The notes: generated by a model from the letters alone, not told the origin. Positions 9,728 through 20,800 are shown, counted from the first letter of the stretch. The stretch is 32,000 nucleotides of DNA from Wigglesworthia glossinidia endosymbiont of Glossina brevipalpis (GCA_000008885.1 BA000021.3:420001-452000), one strand, 5' to 3'. Numbers and translations: made by a program.

Positions 9728-10597
9728 ATGTGTATTTTTCAAAAAAATTTAAATTTAATATCTTTTATTAAAAAGATAATATTCATAATTTGCTACAAAG
9801 AAAATGGAATAATAAATAAAATTTTTCAAATTTTTACAAATCAGCTAATAGAAATAATTACTATATCTACTCATTTGGACAATGAAATCAAGTTATTCTT
9901 TATAAGAATAGAAATAAAAGGTTTTTTTAATGAAAAATATTTATCATTTTGTTTAAATAAAGCACTTCCTTATGGATCTAAAATATTTTTTCAAAATATA
10001 AAAATACCTAAAATAGTAATTATGGTAACAAAAGAATCCCATTGTATAGGTGATTTACTTGTTAAAAAAAAATTTGGAAATCTAAACGTAGAAATTATTG
10101 CAATAATTAGTAATTATAAAATATTAAAATCATTAGCAAAATTATTCGAAATCCCATTTTATCATGTTAGTCATATATCTTTAAGCAGAGAAGATCATAA
10201 TAATAAAATACTTAATATTATTCAAATACTAAAACCTGATTATATTATATTAGCAAAATATATGAGAATACTTACTTCAAGTTTTATTAAAAAATATATT
10301 AACAAAATAATAAATATTCATCATTCAATCTTACCATCTTTTATTGGTGCAAAACCATATTTTAATGCATACCAAAGGGGTGTAAAAATAATTGGAGCTA
10401 CAGCTCATTATGTTAATATTAATTTAGATTCAGGTCCAATAATTTTTCAAGATTCTGCTAACATTGAATATAATTATTCCGTTAATGATATTATTAGTAT
10501 AGGGCGTGAAGTTGAAAAATACGTTCTTAGTAGAGCTTTATATTTAGTTTTTTCTAATAGAGTAATTGTATTTAAAGATCGAGCCATTGTTTTTTAA
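9728..10597 (+). CDS. purU: Formyltetrahydrofolate deformylase
   Basis: 289-aa ORF; MVTKESHCIGDLL, INIHHSILPSFIGAKPY, GVKIIGATAHYVNINLDSGPII, GREVEKYVLSRAL. Confidence 0.95.
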   Translation: MCIFQKNLNLISFIKKIIFIICYKENGIINKIFQIFTNQLIEIITISTHLDNEIKLFFIRIEIKGFFNEKYLSFCLNKALPYGSKIFFQNIKIPKIVIMVTKESHCIGDLLVKKKFGNLNVEIIAIISNYKILKSLAKLFEIPFYHVSHISLSREDHNNKILNIIQILKPDYIILAKYMRILTSSFIKKYINKIINIHHSILPSFIGAKPYFNAYQRGVKIIGATAHYVNINLDSGPIIFQDSANIEYNYSVNDIISIGREVEKYVLSRALYLVFSNRVIVFKDRAIVF

Positions 10598-10684
10598 ATT
10601 TATAAAAAATAAATTTTTATAAAATAAAATAATTATATAATTAATATAAATAAAAAAATAATTTTAACAGGGTTTATTTATAAA

Positions 10685-11488
10685 ATGAAATTCGTATCTT
10701 TTAATGTTAACGGAATCAGATCTCATTATGATCAAGTTTTATTAATAATAGAGAAAATTAATCCTGAAATAATTAGTCTGCAAGAAACAAAAGTAATAAA
10801 CGAAAGTTTTCCAGAAAAAATATTTTTACAACATGGATATAAATCTTATGTGCATGGACAAAAGCAACATCACGGTGTGGCGTTTTTAACTCGTTTAAAT
10901 ATGAAAAATATTTTTACAGGATTTAAAAATAATTTTTTTAATGAACGATACAGAGTGATTTCATCATATATAAAAACTAAAATTGGTAATGTTTATATAA
11001 TAAATATTTATTCTCCAAATGGAGAATCAAAAAAAAATTTAAAAAAATTTGAAATAAAAAAAATTTTTTATAAAAGTTTGTTTTTGTTTTTAAATAAATT
11101 TTACGAAAAAAACATGCATATATTGATTATGGGAGATATGAATATTAGCCCAGAAGATTTAGATGTTGGATTAAGCTTGACATCTTATAAAAGATGGTTA
11201 AGTATAGGAAAATGTTCTTTTCTTCCAGAAGAACGAGAATGGATAAAAAAAATATTTAAATGGGGATTTGTAGATGTTTTTAGATTTTTAAATCCTGACA
11301 AAAAAAAGTTTTCTTGGTTTGATTATAGAAGCGAAGGATATATAAAAAATGTAGGATTGAGAATAGATCTTTTTTTATCTACTTTTTCTCTTTTAAGCTA
11401 TATCGAAGAATCTGGAATGATATATTCTATTAGATCTATGGATAAAACATCAGACCACGTTCCAATATGGATTAAATTAAATTTTTAA
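10685..11488 (+). CDS. xthA: Exodeoxyribonuclease III (AP endonuclease)
   Basis: 267-aa ORF; MKFVSFNVNGIRS, ISLQETKV, IMGDMNISPEDLDVG, GKCSFLPEEREW, GLRIDLFL, SDHVPIW. Confidence 0.97.
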   Translation: MKFVSFNVNGIRSHYDQVLLIIEKINPEIISLQETKVINESFPEKIFLQHGYKSYVHGQKQHHGVAFLTRLNMKNIFTGFKNNFFNERYRVISSYIKTKIGNVYIINIYSPNGESKKNLKKFEIKKIFYKSLFLFLNKFYEKNMHILIMGDMNISPEDLDVGLSLTSYKRWLSIGKCSFLPEEREWIKKIFKWGFVDVFRFLNPDKKKFSWFDYRSEGYIKNVGLRIDLFLSTFSLLSYIEESGMIYSIRSMDKTSDHVPIWIKLNF

Positions 11489-11490
11489 CA

Positions 11491-12183
11491 ATGACAGATA
11501 AAACATCTATTAATATAATTATATTAAATACTTATAATGAATTTTACTCAATAGCTTGTATTACAAAAAATAATAGTTTTTTTGAAAAAAAATACCCAAT
11601 AAGTAAAAATAATAAAAATTATATTTTGTTTACTATTGATTATGTGTTGAAAAAATCTAAATTGATTTTCTCTGATATAAATTTAATAACTTTTGGTTTA
11701 GGCTCAGTAAGAACTACAGGATTTAGAATTTGCATTTCTGTAATACAAGGATTAACTTTTTACAAAAAAACTCCAGTTTTAGGAATATCGATTTTTAGAG
11801 CATTGGCTCAAAAATTATGGAGAATTACTAATAAAAAAAATATCATTGTAGTAATTGTAAATAAAAAAAACAGAATTTCTTGGGAAGAATATGAATTCAA
11901 TCAAAACAAAAATTTTTTATTTCTAAAAGACAATAAATACGATTCTAATATACAAAGTTTAATTTATACTTTATCTATATCTAGTAAAAAATTTGCTATT
12001 TCCGTAAGTAATTTTGATATATACGTTTTATTAAAATGTTCTTTAAAAAAATATAATAAAATTTTTTATTATAAAATTTTTGATATATGTATAAAAGATA
12101 TTATATCAATATCATATTATTTTTTTTATAAAAAAAAATATTGTACTTCTGACAAAATTTTATCTTATTATAAAATAATTTAA
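11491..12183 (+). CDS. tsaB: tRNA threonylcarbamoyladenosine biosynthesis protein TsaB (YeaZ), divergent
   Basis: 230-aa ORF starting 2 nt after the xthA stop; TFGLGSVRTTGFRICISVIQGL aligns in register with the TsaB [22 protein letters not shown] segment, followed by PVLGISIFRALAQ-WR; overall divergent. Confidence 0.75.
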   Translation: MTDKTSINIIILNTYNEFYSIACITKNNSFFEKKYPISKNNKNYILFTIDYVLKKSKLIFSDINLITFGLGSVRTTGFRICISVIQGLTFYKKTPVLGISIFRALAQKLWRITNKKNIIVVIVNKKNRISWEEYEFNQNKNFLFLKDNKYDSNIQSLIYTLSISSKKFAISVSNFDIYVLLKCSLKKYNKIFYYKIFDICIKDIISISYYFFYKKKYCTSDKILSYYKII

Positions 12184-12202
12184 TAAAAAATTAAATAATT
12201 TA

Positions 12203-12478
12203 TTATTTTTTATTTAAAAAATTTTTTTCAGGAAAAACTATATTCAGTTCAAAAATTTTAATATTTTTTTTATTTTTATGATCTAATTTTACACATAAAG
12301 TTTCTGAATTTAAATTAATATATTTTTTTATAACTTTTATTAAATCTTTTTTTAGCATAGGAAGATAATTTGGTTCTTTGCTGTTTTTTCTTTGTTCTGA
12401 AACAATTATTTGTAATCGCTCTTTAGCTATATCGGATGTTATTTCTTTTTTAGAAATAAAAAATTTAAGTAATGCCAT
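12203..12478 (-). CDS. minE: Cell division topological specificity factor MinE
   Basis: 91-aa ORF; MALLKFFISKKEITSDIAKERLQIIVSEQR, NYLPMLKKDLIKVIKKY; directly downstream of minD. Confidence 0.96.
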   Translation of the reverse strand: MALLKFFISKKEITSDIAKERLQIIVSEQRKNSKEPNYLPMLKKDLIKVIKKYINLNSETLCVKLDHKNKKNIKIFELNIVFPEKNFLNKK

Positions 12479-13298
12479 GTTTTATTCCATTAAATAAACG
12501 TTTTAACAAACTTATTTTTTTTTCTTTTTTTAAAGATTTAAAGGAACATTTTTCTCCTAATAATCTATGAGAAACTATTTTATATGCTTTTCCTGCTTCT
12601 GAAGAATCATCTAAAACAATAGGTTTTCCTTTATTAGAAGACTTTAAAACTAATTTATCTTCCGGAATTATTCCCAATAAAGGAATTCGTAAAATATCTA
12701 TAACGTCATCTGCACTTAACATATCTCCTTTAATGACTCTTTTTGTATTATATCTTGTTAATAATAAATGTTCTTTTATAGGACTCATATTATTTTCAGA
12801 ACGATAAGATTTAGAAGATAAAATTCCTAAAATTCTATCAGAATCACGAATAGATGATATTTCTGGATTTGTTATTATAATAGCTTCATCAGCAAAATAA
12901 CATGCCATTATTGCTCCATTTTCAATTCCAGCTGGAGAATCGCATATAATAAATTCAAAATTCATTTTTTTCAAATTTTTTAATACTGACTTAACAGAAT
13001 CTATAGTTAATATTTCTTTATTTTTTGTTTGAGATGCTGGTAATATATATAAATTTTCTGTATACTTATCTTTTATCAAGGCTTGATTTATAGAAGCTTC
13101 TCCTTGTATTACATTTACAAAGTCATATATTACTCTTCTCTCGCACCCCATTATTAAATCTAAATTTCTTAATCCTATGTCGAAATCTATTACTACTGTT
13201 TTTTTTTTTAAAATAGCTAATCCTGTTGCTATAGATGCGCTAGAAGTAGTTTTTCCAACCCCTCCTTTTCCTGAGGTTACTACTAAAATTCTAGTCAT
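12465..13298 (-). CDS. minD: Septum site-determining ATPase MinD
   Basis: 277-aa ORF; deviant Walker A SGKGGVGKTTSSASIATGL, IDFDIGLRNLDLIMGCERRVIYD, FIICDSPAGIE; amphipathic tail LLKRLF. Confidence 0.98.
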   Translation of the reverse strand: MTRILVVTSGKGGVGKTTSSASIATGLAILKKKTVVIDFDIGLRNLDLIMGCERRVIYDFVNVIQGEASINQALIKDKYTENLYILPASQTKNKEILTIDSVKSVLKNLKKMNFEFIICDSPAGIENGAIMACYFADEAIIITNPEISSIRDSDRILGILSSKSYRSENNMSPIKEHLLLTRYNTKRVIKGDMLSADDVIDILRIPLLGIIPEDKLVLKSSNKGKPIVLDDSSEAGKAYKIVSHRLLGEKCSFKSLKKEKKISLLKRLFNGIKHGIT

Positions 13299-13308
13299 AA
13301 ATTTCCCT

Positions 13309-14001
13309 TTATAAACTAAATTTCTGGATAGTTAATATATCATTTTTTATGTAAAATCTTACAGGTTTTCCTAAGTATGAATTTAAAACATTTTCATTTA
13401 TCCAATTTTTTCCTGCTATAGATATAAATTCTGCATATAGCTTGGTACAAAAAATTTGACTTTTAGTATCTTTTGATGCTCCTGCTGAAGCTCTACCTCT
13501 CATAATTCCATATATATGTATGTCTCCATCTGCTATAACTTCTGCTCCTGAATTTACAGTATTCATTATTATTAAGTTTTTTTTCTTTGCATATATAGTT
13601 TGTCCTGATCTAATAGGTTTATCGATAATATAATTATTATTTATTTTTGTTATTTTATTTTTTTTTTCATAAAAAATTTTTTTATTAATTTGTTCTTTAA
13701 AAATTAATAATCCATTTCTTGTTATAATTTTTTCCCATATTTTATTGTTACATCCACTAACACCTATAATGCATAAACCTAAATTTGATAATTTTTTATG
13801 AAAATATTTCCAAAAATATTGATCTTCTTCAGATAAATATTTAATATTAATTATACACGGCATTTTTTTAAAAAAATAAGAAAAATTTTTAATTTTATTT
13901 TTTATAGTTTTATAAATATTTTTTTCTTTTATATCGTATAAATATATAACTAATATATTAAAATTTTTAATTTTAAATTTTAAACAAACTTTATTAAACA
14001 T
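13309..14001 (-). CDS. minC: Septum site-determining protein MinC
   Basis: C-terminal DGDIHIYGIMRGRASAGASKDTKSQIFCTKLYAEFISIAG and IIGVSGC. The ORF track uses a TTG at 14040; the conserved N-terminus fits the ATG at 14001. Confidence 0.93.
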   Translation of the reverse strand: MFNKVCLKFKIKNFNILVIYLYDIKEKNIYKTIKNKIKNFSYFFKKMPCIINIKYLSEEDQYFWKYFHKKLSNLGLCIIGVSGCNNKIWEKIITRNGLLIFKEQINKKIFYEKKNKITKINNNYIIDKPIRSGQTIYAKKKNLIIMNTVNSGAEVIADGDIHIYGIMRGRASAGASKDTKSQIFCTKLYAEFISIAGKNWINENVLNSYLGKPVRFYIKNDILTIQKFSL

Positions 14002-14224
14002 AAAATACTTATAATTTTGATTTATATCTAATATTATCAAAAAATTTTTATTAGTAGAATTTAATTATAATATAATATTCAATTTTTTTTTATTTAAATT
14101 TATTATATAATTTATCTTAAAATAAGAATTATTAATAATTCAATATATCTTAAAAGAATATTTATTGATAAATTTTTGAAATTTATTAATAAATACTTAA
14201 ATAAACAAAAACGCTTTTAATTAT

Positions 14225-15298
14225 ATGCCAAGAAAAACTACAATCAGAATTAGTTCTAATGCATTAGCTTCAAATTTAAGAACAATAAAAAATTACGCAA
14301 ATAAATCAAAAGTATGGTCCGTTATAAAATCTAATGCTTATGGTCACACCATAAAAGCAGCATTAAAAGGATTAAAAGAAACTTCTGGGTTTGCAGTATT
14401 AGAATTAAATGAAGCTGTATTATTAAGAGAAAATGGATGGAATGGACCAATTTTATTACTTGAAGGATTTTTTGAAGAATCTGATTTACTAGAAATATGT
14501 CAATATAAAATAACTACTGTTATACACAACGATTGGCAATTAAATTACATCAAGCAATATGACATTAAATCTCCTATAGATGTTTATTTAAAGCTTAATA
14601 GCGGAATGAATAGATTAGGTTTTAATGAAAAAGATTTTATTAGAACGTGGTATGATTTGTCTAATTTAAAAAAAATATCTAGCTTGACTTTAATGAGTCA
14701 TTTTTCTTTAGGATTTTCTACAAAAACAGTAAATAAACAAATGAACATAATTAGAAAAATATTCAAAATATTAAATCCTACTTTATGCCTAGCAAATTCA
14801 ACAGCTATTATATTTCATACTTATACTCATAAAGATTGGATTAGGCCAGGAATTATATTATATGGGATTTTACCTAAAGAAAACAAAAAAATATCTAAAA
14901 AATTCAATTTAAAACCAGTTATGACTTTAGAAAGTAGAATAATTTCTATACAAAATATTAAATCTAAAGAATATATAGGGTATGGGAAAAATTATTATTC
15001 TAATAAATCAAATTTAATTGGAATAGTATCATGTGGATATGCAGATGGATATCCATTCAGCGTACCTTTTAGTGGTACTCCTGTTTTTGTAAATGGAACA
15101 CGTACCCAAATTATTGGATCTGTTTGCATGGATATGTTAACGATTGATTTAAATGATTGTCCAAATGCAAAAATTGGATCCAAAGTAGAATTATGGGGTA
15201 ATAATATAAGTATTAATGAAATTTCAAAGCTAGCTAATACAACAAGTTATGAATTAATGTGTAGAATTTCTTCCAGAGTTTTAGTGAAAATAGAATAA
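14225..15298 (+). CDS. alr: Alanine racemase (DadX/Alr type)
   Basis: 357-aa ORF; PLP-lysine VWSVIKSNAYGH, NSGMNRLGF, catalytic-Tyr region GIVSCGYADGYPF, SVCMDMLTIDL. Confidence 0.95.
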   Translation: MPRKTTIRISSNALASNLRTIKNYANKSKVWSVIKSNAYGHTIKAALKGLKETSGFAVLELNEAVLLRENGWNGPILLLEGFFEESDLLEICQYKITTVIHNDWQLNYIKQYDIKSPIDVYLKLNSGMNRLGFNEKDFIRTWYDLSNLKKISSLTLMSHFSLGFSTKTVNKQMNIIRKIFKILNPTLCLANSTAIIFHTYTHKDWIRPGIILYGILPKENKKISKKFNLKPVMTLESRIISIQNIKSKEYIGYGKNYYSNKSNLIGIVSCGYADGYPFSVPFSGTPVFVNGTRTQIIGSVCMDMLTIDLNDCPNAKIGSKVELWGNNISINEISKLANTTSYELMCRISSRVLVKIE

Positions 15299-15367
15299 AT
15301 TTATTAATTTAATTTTATTTAAAAATAAAAATATGAATTATTTTATTTTTAATTTATCAATATAAAT

Positions 15368-16825
15368 CTATTTATCAAATATTTTTCCTAGTTTTGATAT
15401 ATCTTGCTTTTTTATAAATATAACAATTACATCTCCTGAAAATATTTTTGTTAATGGATTTATTTTTACAAAAATATCCTTTCTAAATAAAGCAACTATA
15501 TAAGAAAATTCAGGTAATTTAATATTATTAATAAACTTACCTGATATTTTACTATTATTTTTTATCTTGTATACTAATTTTTCCCAAGAAGATTCTATCG
15601 ATAAGCTTATTTCAGATCTAGACGTAGGATTAAAAGAACTTGGAGTAGTTACTTTTGTTAATTTGGCTATAAAATTAATAGAAGTTCCTTGTATTAAAAG
15701 AGAGATTAAAACAATAAAAAATGATACATTGAAATATAAACGAGAATTTTCTAAACCAGAAATTATTGGAAAAACAGCTAAAATTATAGGAACGGCTCCT
15801 CTTAATCCCACCCATGATAGAAATATAAATTCTAACTTGTTATATCTTTTATGAAATGGTAACAAACCAAATAAAACTGATAAAGGACGAGCTATAAAAA
15901 TAATCCAAAAAGATAAAATAAAAGCTGGAATTGATATATCTAGAAGGTCGCTTGGAGTGACTAGTAATCCTAATATTAAAAACATACAAATCTGACTTAA
16001 CCAAGTCATTCCATCGAATATTTTTAAAATTTCAAAACGATTTCTTATTGGATGATTTCCTAGCATAAATCCATATAAGTAAATTGAAAGTATTCCACTT
16101 GCATGTAATAAATTTGAAATGCTAAAAGCCATTATTCCTCCGCTAAGAGCTAATAATGGATATAAAGAACTAACTAATACAATGCGATTAATTATTTTAT
16201 ATAATATCCATCCTCCTGTTATTCCTATAATTATCCCAATTCCAAATTCATAAATTAAATTAAAAAAAAACATTAAATCAAAATAAAATTCATTATTTTT
16301 ATTTTGTAAAATAGATATTAATGTAGTTGTCAAAAACATAGACATAGGATCGTTACTACCAGATTCGATTTCCAAAGTAGCATTTACATGCTCTTTTAAA
16401 TTTGTATTTCCTAATAATGAAAAAACTGCAGAAGCATCTGTAGATCCTACTATAGATCCTATTAAAATACCTTCAATAATATTTAAATTAAAAATCCAAG
16501 AAGCAACAATTCCAGTCAGTCCAGATGTTATAATTACCCCTATAGTTGATAGAGATAATGCTGGAAATAAGGCTAATTGAAATGTTTTTCTTTTGGTTTT
16601 TATCCCTCCATCTAGCAAAATAACTGCTAAAGCTAAATTACTTACTGTATAAGCTACAGAATAATCATTGAAATCAATTTTTCCAATTCCGTCAATTCCA
16701 GCTAGCATTCCAATACTTAAAAAAATAAATAATATTGGTATTCCTAGTCTAGATGAAAAAGAGCTCAACAAAATACTACTGATTATTAAAAATGAACCTA
16801 TTATAAAATAATTCATTATATTCAT
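15368..16825 (-). CDS. cvrA: CvrA/NhaP2 family K+(Na+)/H+ antiporter, C-terminally truncated
   Basis: 485-aa ORF; SSILLSSFSSRLGIPILFIFLSIGMLAG, IVGSTDASAVFSLLG, LEIESGSNDPM, SWVGLRGAVPIILAVFP; ends after an RCK_C-like segment (DISKLGKIFDK). Confidence 0.93.
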   Translation of the reverse strand: MNIMNYFIIGSFLIISSILLSSFSSRLGIPILFIFLSIGMLAGIDGIGKIDFNDYSVAYTVSNLALAVILLDGGIKTKRKTFQLALFPALSLSTIGVIITSGLTGIVASWIFNLNIIEGILIGSIVGSTDASAVFSLLGNTNLKEHVNATLEIESGSNDPMSMFLTTTLISILQNKNNEFYFDLMFFFNLIYEFGIGIIIGITGGWILYKIINRIVLVSSLYPLLALSGGIMAFSISNLLHASGILSIYLYGFMLGNHPIRNRFEILKIFDGMTWLSQICMFLILGLLVTPSDLLDISIPAFILSFWIIFIARPLSVLFGLLPFHKRYNKLEFIFLSWVGLRGAVPIILAVFPIISGLENSRLYFNVSFFIVLISLLIQGTSINFIAKLTKVTTPSSFNPTSRSEISLSIESSWEKLVYKIKNNSKISGKFINNIKLPEFSYIVALFRKDIFVKINPLTKIFSGDVIVIFIKKQDISKLGKIFDK

Positions 16826-16883
16826 ATAATATGTTTATATACATTTAATTTTTAAATTTAATTTATAAAAAATATAATTTACC

Positions 16884-17837
16884 TTAATTATATCCATAAC
16901 TCATTAATTTTTTATATCTATTGTTTAATAAATCCGAAGTTGTAAATTTATCTAATTCTTTAAGATCTTTTAAAATTCTATTTTTTAAATTAGAAGTAAT
17001 AATTTTTATATTTCTATGCGCTCCACCTAATGGTTCAGGTATTATGTTATCAATTAAATTTAATTCTTTTAATCTAGTTGCAATAATACCCATTTCTTCT
17101 GCAGCTATTGGAGCTTTATCTACATTTTTCCATAAAATCGCAGCGCATCCTTCTGGAGAAATAACAGAATATATGCTATACTGCATCATATTTATTTTAT
17201 CTCCTACGCCAATCGCTAAAGCTCCGCCAGAACCGCCTTCCCCTATTACAGTGCAAATAATAGGAATTTTTAACATAGACATTTCTCTTAAATTAGTCGC
17301 AATAGCTGAAGCTTGGCCTCTTTCCTCTGCCTCTATTCCCGGGTAAGCTCCAGGTGTATCTATAAGAGTTATTAATGGCATATTGAATCTATCTGCTATT
17401 TTCATTAATCTTAATGCTTTTCTATATCCTTCTGGTGTTGGCATTCCGAAATTTCTAAAAATTTTTTCTTTTGTTTCTCTTCCTTTTTGATGTCCTAATA
17501 TCATAACTGGTCTTGAATTTAAACGAGCAATTCCTCCTATGATAGATTTGTCATCTCCATATAATCTATCTCCAGATAGTTCGTCAAAATCTGTAAAAAT
17601 ATTTTTTATATAATCTAAAGCATAAGGTCTCATAGGATGTCTTGCTATTTTAGTTATTTGCCATGCATTAAGATTAGAAAATATTTTTTTAGTAAGATCC
17701 TCACTTTTTTTGCGCAAACAATTTATTTCTTTATTTATGTTAAGAGTTTTATCTCTTTGACTTAATTCTACTAAGGAATTTATTTTAGATTCTAAATCAG
17801 CAATAGGTTGTTCAAAATCAAGAAAAGTTAGATTCAT
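16884..17837 (-). CDS. accA: Acetyl-CoA carboxylase carboxyltransferase subunit alpha
   Basis: 317-aa ORF; [72 protein letters not shown]. Confidence 0.98.
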   Translation of the reverse strand: MNLTFLDFEQPIADLESKINSLVELSQRDKTLNINKEINCLRKKSEDLTKKIFSNLNAWQITKIARHPMRPYALDYIKNIFTDFDELSGDRLYGDDKSIIGGIARLNSRPVMILGHQKGRETKEKIFRNFGMPTPEGYRKALRLMKIADRFNMPLITLIDTPGAYPGIEAEERGQASAIATNLREMSMLKIPIICTVIGEGGSGGALAIGVGDKINMMQYSIYSVISPEGCAAILWKNVDKAPIAAEEMGIIATRLKELNLIDNIIPEPLGGAHRNIKIITSNLKNRILKDLKELDKFTTSDLLNNRYKKLMSYGYN

Positions 17838-20800
17838 AGTATTTTTTTAAATTCTAAATGAATTTTTTTTATCCCAATAGTTGAATTTATTTCTTTTATA
17901 AATTCTTCAGAAGGATCTATTTGAAAATTTTTTTCTTTATGCAAAGGAAAATTTTTATTTTTAATATTAAAAAAAAATTTAATTAATATATTTCCTGATT
18001 TAAATTTATTTAAAATTTGTTTTATTCTATTTAACGAGAAACTCTCTTTAAAATTATAAAATATAATTATATTAATTTTTTTTAAAAATTTTTTTCTTAA
18101 CTCGTATATATTTGTAATTTTGTTACATATAATTTTTGGATAATAATAACTACTTTTTGCAAAAATTTTTCCATAAACTACAACAACTTGATTTTTTTTA
18201 ATTAAATATTTGTATTTTTCATATTCTTTCAAAAACAAAATAACTTCTAATATATCAGAAGAATCTTCTAATAGTAATGATATTATAATATCTCCAGATT
18301 TTGTGTATATTTTTTTCACAGAAGATATCATTCCGCATATATTTTTATTTTTTCCAGATGAATTTTTATTAATATTTTTTATTAAATTTCTATTAGAATA
18401 ATAAATAAATTCTTGCAAATAATATTTCATAGGATGATTGCTTAAATATATTCCTAACATATTTCTTTCTTCTTCTAAAATAGAAAAATTTTGCATGCTT
18501 GATTCAAAATGTTTAAATATATATTTTGATTTTAATCTATAATTAAACATATCTATTTGACCTAATTTTTTATTTTTTATTTTTTGTTGAGCAAATTTCA
18601 TAGCGTAAGGTAAATTTTTAACATTAAAACTACGATCTTTATTTAATTTATCTAATGCTCCTGAAAAGATTAATTTTTCTATTGTTTTTCTAGTTAATTT
18701 TTTAGGATCAGATCTAAGGCACAAATCAAATAAATCTGTAAAATTTCCATTTTTTTTTATTTGATTTTTTATTTCTTTTATAGAAGATAATCCTATTCCT
18801 TTAATAGCTCCTAATCCATATATAATTTTTTTATCTACAACTTTAAAATGATAATTACATGTATTAATATCTGGTAGTAATATTTTTATTCCTATATTCT
18901 TGCATTCATTTATTAAAGAAATTATTCTGTCAGAATTATCCATATCCGCACTCATTGCTGATGACATAAATTCTGTAGCATAATGAGTTTTTAACCATAA
19001 AGTTTGATAAGATAATAATGCATATGCAGCAGAATGAGATTTATTAAAACCATATCCAGAAAATTTTTCTAGTAAATCAAAAATTTTCATAGAAAAAATT
19101 TTATCAATTCCATTCTTTAAAGCTCCATTTTTAAATCTGTTACGCTGTTCAGACATTTCTTTAACTTTCTTTTTACCCATGGCCCTTCTTAAAATATCTG
19201 CTTCACCTAGTGAATAACCTGCTAAAACTTGTGCAATACTCATAACTTGTTCTTGATACAATATAATACCATAAGTAGATTTTAATATTGGTTCAAGAAG
19301 TTCATGTTGCCAATTTTTATCTGGATAAAATATTTTTTCTTTTCCATGTTTTCTATTAATAAAATTTTCTACCATGCCTGATTTAAGAGGTCCTGGACGA
19401 AACAATGCTACTAAAGAAATAATATCTTCAAAACAATCTGGTTGTAATCTTTTTATAAGATCCCTGATTCCTTTAGATTCTAATTGAAATACAGATATAG
19501 TTTTTGATTTTTTTAATAATTCAAAGCTTTTGATATCATTTAATGGTATTTTAGATATATCTATTAAATCTAAATTATTTTTTTCTCTTTTTTTATTAAT
19601 TATTTTTACTGTCCAATCAATAATTGTTAATGTACGTAAACCAAGAAAATCAAATTTTACTAGACCTATTTTTTCTATATCATCTTTATCAAATTGAGTT
19701 ATTTGAGTGTTGTTTTTAATATCATAATATATAGGAGTGAAATTCGTAATTTCTTTTGGAGAAATTACAATTCCTCCAGCGTGCTTGCTAACATTTTTTA
19801 TTAACCCCTCAAGATTTTTAGACATATCAATAATTTTTTTTACTTCTTCATCAGAAGAATATAACTTTATTAGTTGATGTTCTGTATTTAATGATTTTTC
19901 TAAAGTCACTCCTGGATCTAATGGTATTAATTTTGATATTTTATCTACAAATCTATATGGAAAACCTAGCACTCTACCTACATCTTTTATAACAGATCTT
20001 GCAGTCATTTTTCCAAATGTAATAATTTGAGCTACAGATTTTTTACCATAAATATTTGCGACATGGTTGATTACTAAATCACGTTTTTCCATACAAAAAT
20101 CAATATCAAAATCAGGCATAGATATTCGTTCTGGATTTAAAAATCTTTCAAATAGCAATCCAAAAGATAATGGATCAATATCGGTAATATTCAAAGAATA
20201 AGCTACTAGAGATCCAGCTCCTGACCCTCTTCCTGGTCCGACAGGAATATTATTTTTTTTAGCCCATGATATAAATTCCATAATTATTAAAAAATAACTA
20301 GGAAATTTCATTTTGTTTATTACTTTTAATTCATTTTTTAACCTTGTTTCATATTTTTTTTTATTTTTGTTTTTTTCAATAGAATTTGGAAATAAAAAAT
20401 CTAATTTTTTTTCTAAACCTAAATATGATTTATTAATAATATATTTTTTTGGAGATAACTCTCCAGATGAAAAATGTGGTAAATGATATTTATTTAATTC
20501 AATATTAACATTACATCTTTTAGCAATTTCTATGCTATTTTCAAGAGATTCTGGTATATCAGAAAATAAATCACACATCTCTTTTTCGCATTTCATGTAT
20601 TGATTATCAGTATAATTATTTTTTTTTAAATTTTTTAAAGTAGTATTTTGATAAATCGATACTTTTATGTTATGAACATTAAAATCATTTCTAAAAATAA
20701 ATCTAACATTATTTGTTGCTACTAAAGGTATATTATAATTAATTGATAAATTTAATGCATAATTAATGTATATTTCTTCTTCTGATTTTCCGGTTCTTGT

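Noticed and set aside
14002-14040. Extra 13 N-terminal residues of MinC in the ORF track
   Set aside because: They begin at a TTG and do not match MinC; the ATG at 14001 aligns with the known N-terminus.
14995-15183. Minus-strand 62-aa ORF inside alr
   Set aside because: Antisense to conserved alanine racemase catalytic region.
15567-15854. Plus-strand 95-aa ORF inside cvrA
   Set aside because: Antisense to antiporter coding sequence, no motif.
16921-17346. Plus-strand 141-aa ORF inside accA
   Set aside because: Antisense to conserved accA; long only because the opposite strand is codon constrained.
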